In this document: positions 42,162 to 44,353 of the stretch, piece after piece
How positions within the stretch are numbered: position 1 is the first letter of the stretch
Layout: each line of letters opens with the position of its first letter
Source: Bacteroidota bacterium
Lineage (GTDB): Bacteria > Bacteroidota > Bacteroidia > AKYH767-A > 2013-40CM-41-45
Direction of reading: 5' to 3'
DNA length: 44,353 bases
Assembly (NCBI GenBank): GCA_043721935.1
Contig: JAYSPU010000210.1
Location: 1 to 44,353, forward strand
Program-made: the position numbers and the translations under genes
The notes under the pieces: model-generated
Databases searched by the model: none
What the model was told of the DNA's origin: nothing
What the model saw: the letters and a program-made list of their open reading frames with translations, nothing else

Positions 42162-43397
42162 TTATCGCTTTTCAATTTCTTTTTCATAACTGATTTGAAT
42201 TTGCAGCAGCTCATTCACCTTGTCTAAATATTCAAGTTGTTTCATGTTGAACATTTCCCGTGCATCAAGCACCATGAATAACATTTCTGTGTTTTGATTG
42301 TAAGCTAACAGTGTTGTTTCATAATTTTTTTTCAGCGAGGGAATGATACTGTCGCTGTAAAGAATTAATTGCTGTTTTTTGAATTTCATTTGTGTTCGCA
42401 AATCTTCCAATTTGCCTGCGACTTCATTTGCAATATTTTCTTTTTGCTTTTGCATGGATGCAATTTCAAAGTTCAAGCCTTTCACATTGGATTTGTACAT
42501 TTTAGATGACCATGGAGCAATTGGAATGGTGATCATTCCCATTACAGTGAATTGATTTGGCGGCATTCCAAACGCATTCATGTGGTCGTAGCGGATTCCA
42601 AAATCAGGAAGGCGTTGATTTTTTTCCAATTGTTGTTTGAACTGCATCATGCTGATTTGATTCTCTACTGATTTAAAATCGCTGCGATACGATTTAATTG
42701 CACTTGTATCAACCAACTGTATTTCATAATTCTGAATCACAAAAGATGAATCCACGTCAAACAAAATATTTTTGTCACGGTTCATCAATGTGTTCAGTGC
42801 AATTCTCATTTGAGATATTTCCTGCTCTAACATCACTTGCATATTTTTCAAATCATACAACTCCGATTTCGCTTTGTAAATGCTGTTTAACTTTTGGTCA
42901 CCATATGGATATTTGTTTTCAGAACTTGCGATTATATATTCAAGAATTTCTTCACTCTGATTCAGCACCTTTATTTTCTTTTTCATTATCACCCAATCGT
43001 AGTATAACATTTTTGCCATGCTGAACATTTGGTTCTGTGAAAATGATTTATTTTGCTGTTCAACGGCTGACATGCTTTGCATGTATTTTTTATTTGCGGA
43101 AAGTTTCAACGGATTTGGAATCATCTGTTCACCGCTAATCATAAAAGCACCCATATTATTTTCTCCATTGTACGGATACATAAATAATCCCGCACCAAAC
43201 TGAGGAGGCATCCATGACTTCGCTCCTTCGGCATAGGCATTGAGCGCTTTGATTTTTGCATCGTACATCAACAGCATAGGGTAATTAATTTCGACTGTTA
43301 ACAAAACTGTATCAATAGAAACCACCTGCGCTTTCGTTTGTATGAAGGTGCATACTAAAATGAAAAATACAAGTGATGTTGTTTTATTTATTTTCAT
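42162..43397 (-). CDS. TolC-family outer membrane efflux protein (system 3)
   Basis: I prefer the start at 43397 (MKINKTTSLVFFILVCTFIQTKAQ, a signal peptide). The sequence is rich in OMF-like coiled-coil repeats. It overlaps the pump gene's stop by 14 nt. Confidence 0.85.
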   Translation of the reverse strand: MKINKTTSLVFFILVCTFIQTKAQVVSIDTVLLTVEINYPMLLMYDAKIKALNAYAEGAKSWMPPQFGAGLFMYPYNGENNMGAFMISGEQMIPNPLKLSANKKYMQSMSAVEQQNKSFSQNQMFSMAKMLYYDWVIMKKKIKVLNQSEEILEYIIASSENKYPYGDQKLNSIYKAKSELYDLKNMQVMLEQEISQMRIALNTLMNRDKNILFDVDSSFVIQNYEIQLVDTSAIKSYRSDFKSVENQISMMQFKQQLEKNQRLPDFGIRYDHMNAFGMPPNQFTVMGMITIPIAPWSSKMYKSNVKGLNFEIASMQKQKENIANEVAGKLEDLRTQMKFKKQQLILYSDSIIPSLKKNYETTLLAYNQNTEMLFMVLDAREMFNMKQLEYLDKVNELLQIQISYEKEIEKR

Positions 43398-44352
43398 CCT
43401 TCTTATCACGTTTGTCACTAAGCACTTCAATTTTCCCATGTTTTTTATATTCATATTCTTTTGTCATTAAAAAAATAATTGGAGTAACGAGCAACACATG
43501 AATGGCAGAGGTAAACATTCCGCCAATCATGGGTAATGCAATTGGTCGCATGACATCACTGCCTGTTGCAGTGGAAAATAGTATTGGGACCAAACCCGCG
43601 ATTGCAGCAAAGACTGTCATCAGTTTTGGTCGCAATCTTTTCACCGCACCTGCAACAACGGCTTCGCGAATATCAACCAAAGAAATACTGTTTTTATCAT
43701 TTCCTTTTTCAACTGTGAGCTTTGTTACGGCTTCATCCAAATAAATAACCATGAGCACACCTGTTTCAACTGCTACACCGAGTAATGCAATAAATCCTAC
43801 TGCAACTGCAACCGATAAATTTATTCCATAGAAATAAACAATGTAAACTCCGCCTACTAAAGCAAACGGAACACTTATGGAAGTGATAATTGCTTCTTTG
43901 AAAGATTTGTATGTATAAAATAATAGTATGAAAATAGAAAGCAATGCAAGAGGAACAATGATTGACAAACGTTTGTTAGCGCGCACCTGATTTTCCCATT
44001 GTCCGCTCCACTCAATGTAATATCCTTTAGGAAGTTTCGACACCATTGCATTTAATTTATTTTGGGCTTCGGTAACGGTGCTTCCCAAATCGCGATCGCG
44101 CACATTGAATAAAACGGTGCCACGCAACATTGCATTTTCTGAATTTATCATTGGAGGACCTTCGCTGATGTATACATCAGCAACAGTACTTAACGGCACA
44201 GGACCATAAGAGGGCGTTTGCACTAACAAACGATTGATGTCTTTTATACTGCTACGGTAGTTTTGCGCAAAGCGTGCATTGACACTAAAGCGTTGCCGTC
44301 CGTCAATCACTGTAGTTAATTTCATTCCACCCAAAGCAGATTCTATCACCAT
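43384..44352 (-). CDS. CusA/CzcA family HME-RND pump, C-terminal 322 aa (system 3; 5' part beyond right edge)
   Basis: The ORF is open to the window edge. FIALLGVAVETGVLMVIYLDEA and LRPKLMTVFAAIAGLVPILFS...RPIALPMIGGMFTSAIHVLLVTPIIF are typical of the C-terminal half of CusA/CzcA pumps. Confidence 0.9.
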   Translation of the reverse strand: MVIESALGGMKLTTVIDGRQRFSVNARFAQNYRSSIKDINRLLVQTPSYGPVPLSTVADVYISEGPPMINSENAMLRGTVLFNVRDRDLGSTVTEAQNKLNAMVSKLPKGYYIEWSGQWENQVRANKRLSIIVPLALLSIFILLFYTYKSFKEAIITSISVPFALVGGVYIVYFYGINLSVAVAVGFIALLGVAVETGVLMVIYLDEAVTKLTVEKGNDKNSISLVDIREAVVAGAVKRLRPKLMTVFAAIAGLVPILFSTATGSDVMRPIALPMIGGMFTSAIHVLLVTPIIFLMTKEYEYKKHGKIEVLSDKRDKKDENK

Positions 44353-44353
44353 G

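Larger units (their letters stand above)
3910..44353. mobile_element. integrative genomic island (partial; right end beyond window) carrying metal-resistance cargo
   Basis: A tRNA 3' fragment and a tyrosine integrase sit at the left junction. A dense accessory cargo of metal efflux and binding genes follows. No second att copy, relaxase or conjugation genes were seen in the window. Confidence 0.45.

Noticed and set aside
1-44353. CRISPR arrays, rRNA genes, IS elements or transposases.
   Set aside because: I saw no regularly spaced direct repeats of 25-40 nt, no rRNA-like conserved blocks, and no ORF with transposase motifs. The only recombinase is the tyrosine integrase.

Overview
AT-rich sequence of Bacteroidota type, judged from many T9SS C-terminal sorting domains, lipoprotein signal peptides and a TAnnTTTG promoter box. 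All family calls come from motifs read by eye; no searches were run.

- **1-3.8 kb, small defence-type islet:** the first codons of a methyltransferase-like gene leaving the left edge, a 115-aa ORF, a membrane-anchored CoiA-like nuclease, an Abi_2 (AbiD/AbiF-type, Rx4H) protein, and a convergent 307-aa protein with its own Rx4H motif.
- **About 3.9 kb, island junction:** a truncated tRNA 3' half with its own terminator, followed by a tyrosine integrase. I read this as one junction of an integrative island that fills the rest of the window (over 40 kb, right end not reached).
- **Island cargo, mostly metal homeostasis:**
  - Three HME-RND (CzcA/CusA-type) efflux systems.
  - A ZntA-like P-type ATPase.
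  - DUF305 and DUF326 proteins.
  - Three proteins carrying the YxCxMHP...CxxCGM heavy-metal-binding domain.
  - An HMA protein and several small His-, Met- or Cys-rich proteins.
- **21-29.6 kb, T9SS cargo block:** a beta-propeller protein, two tandem M43 metalloproteases and a cupredoxin.

Most unusual observations:
1. A czc operon whose C, B and A genes are separated by a CotH kinase-like T9SS protein, a CxxCH T9SS protein, His-rich proteins and a 418-aa nuclease-like protein.
2. A 1452-aa in-frame fusion of a CzcA pump to a TolC-like outer membrane factor, joined by a signal-peptide-like linker.
3. A DKTGT-to-DKTRT change in the ATPase.
4. An ACP gene inside an efflux operon.
5. A roughly 105-nt GC-rich nested-helix element in an intergenic gap.

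No CRISPR array, rRNA gene or intact tRNA gene was seen.
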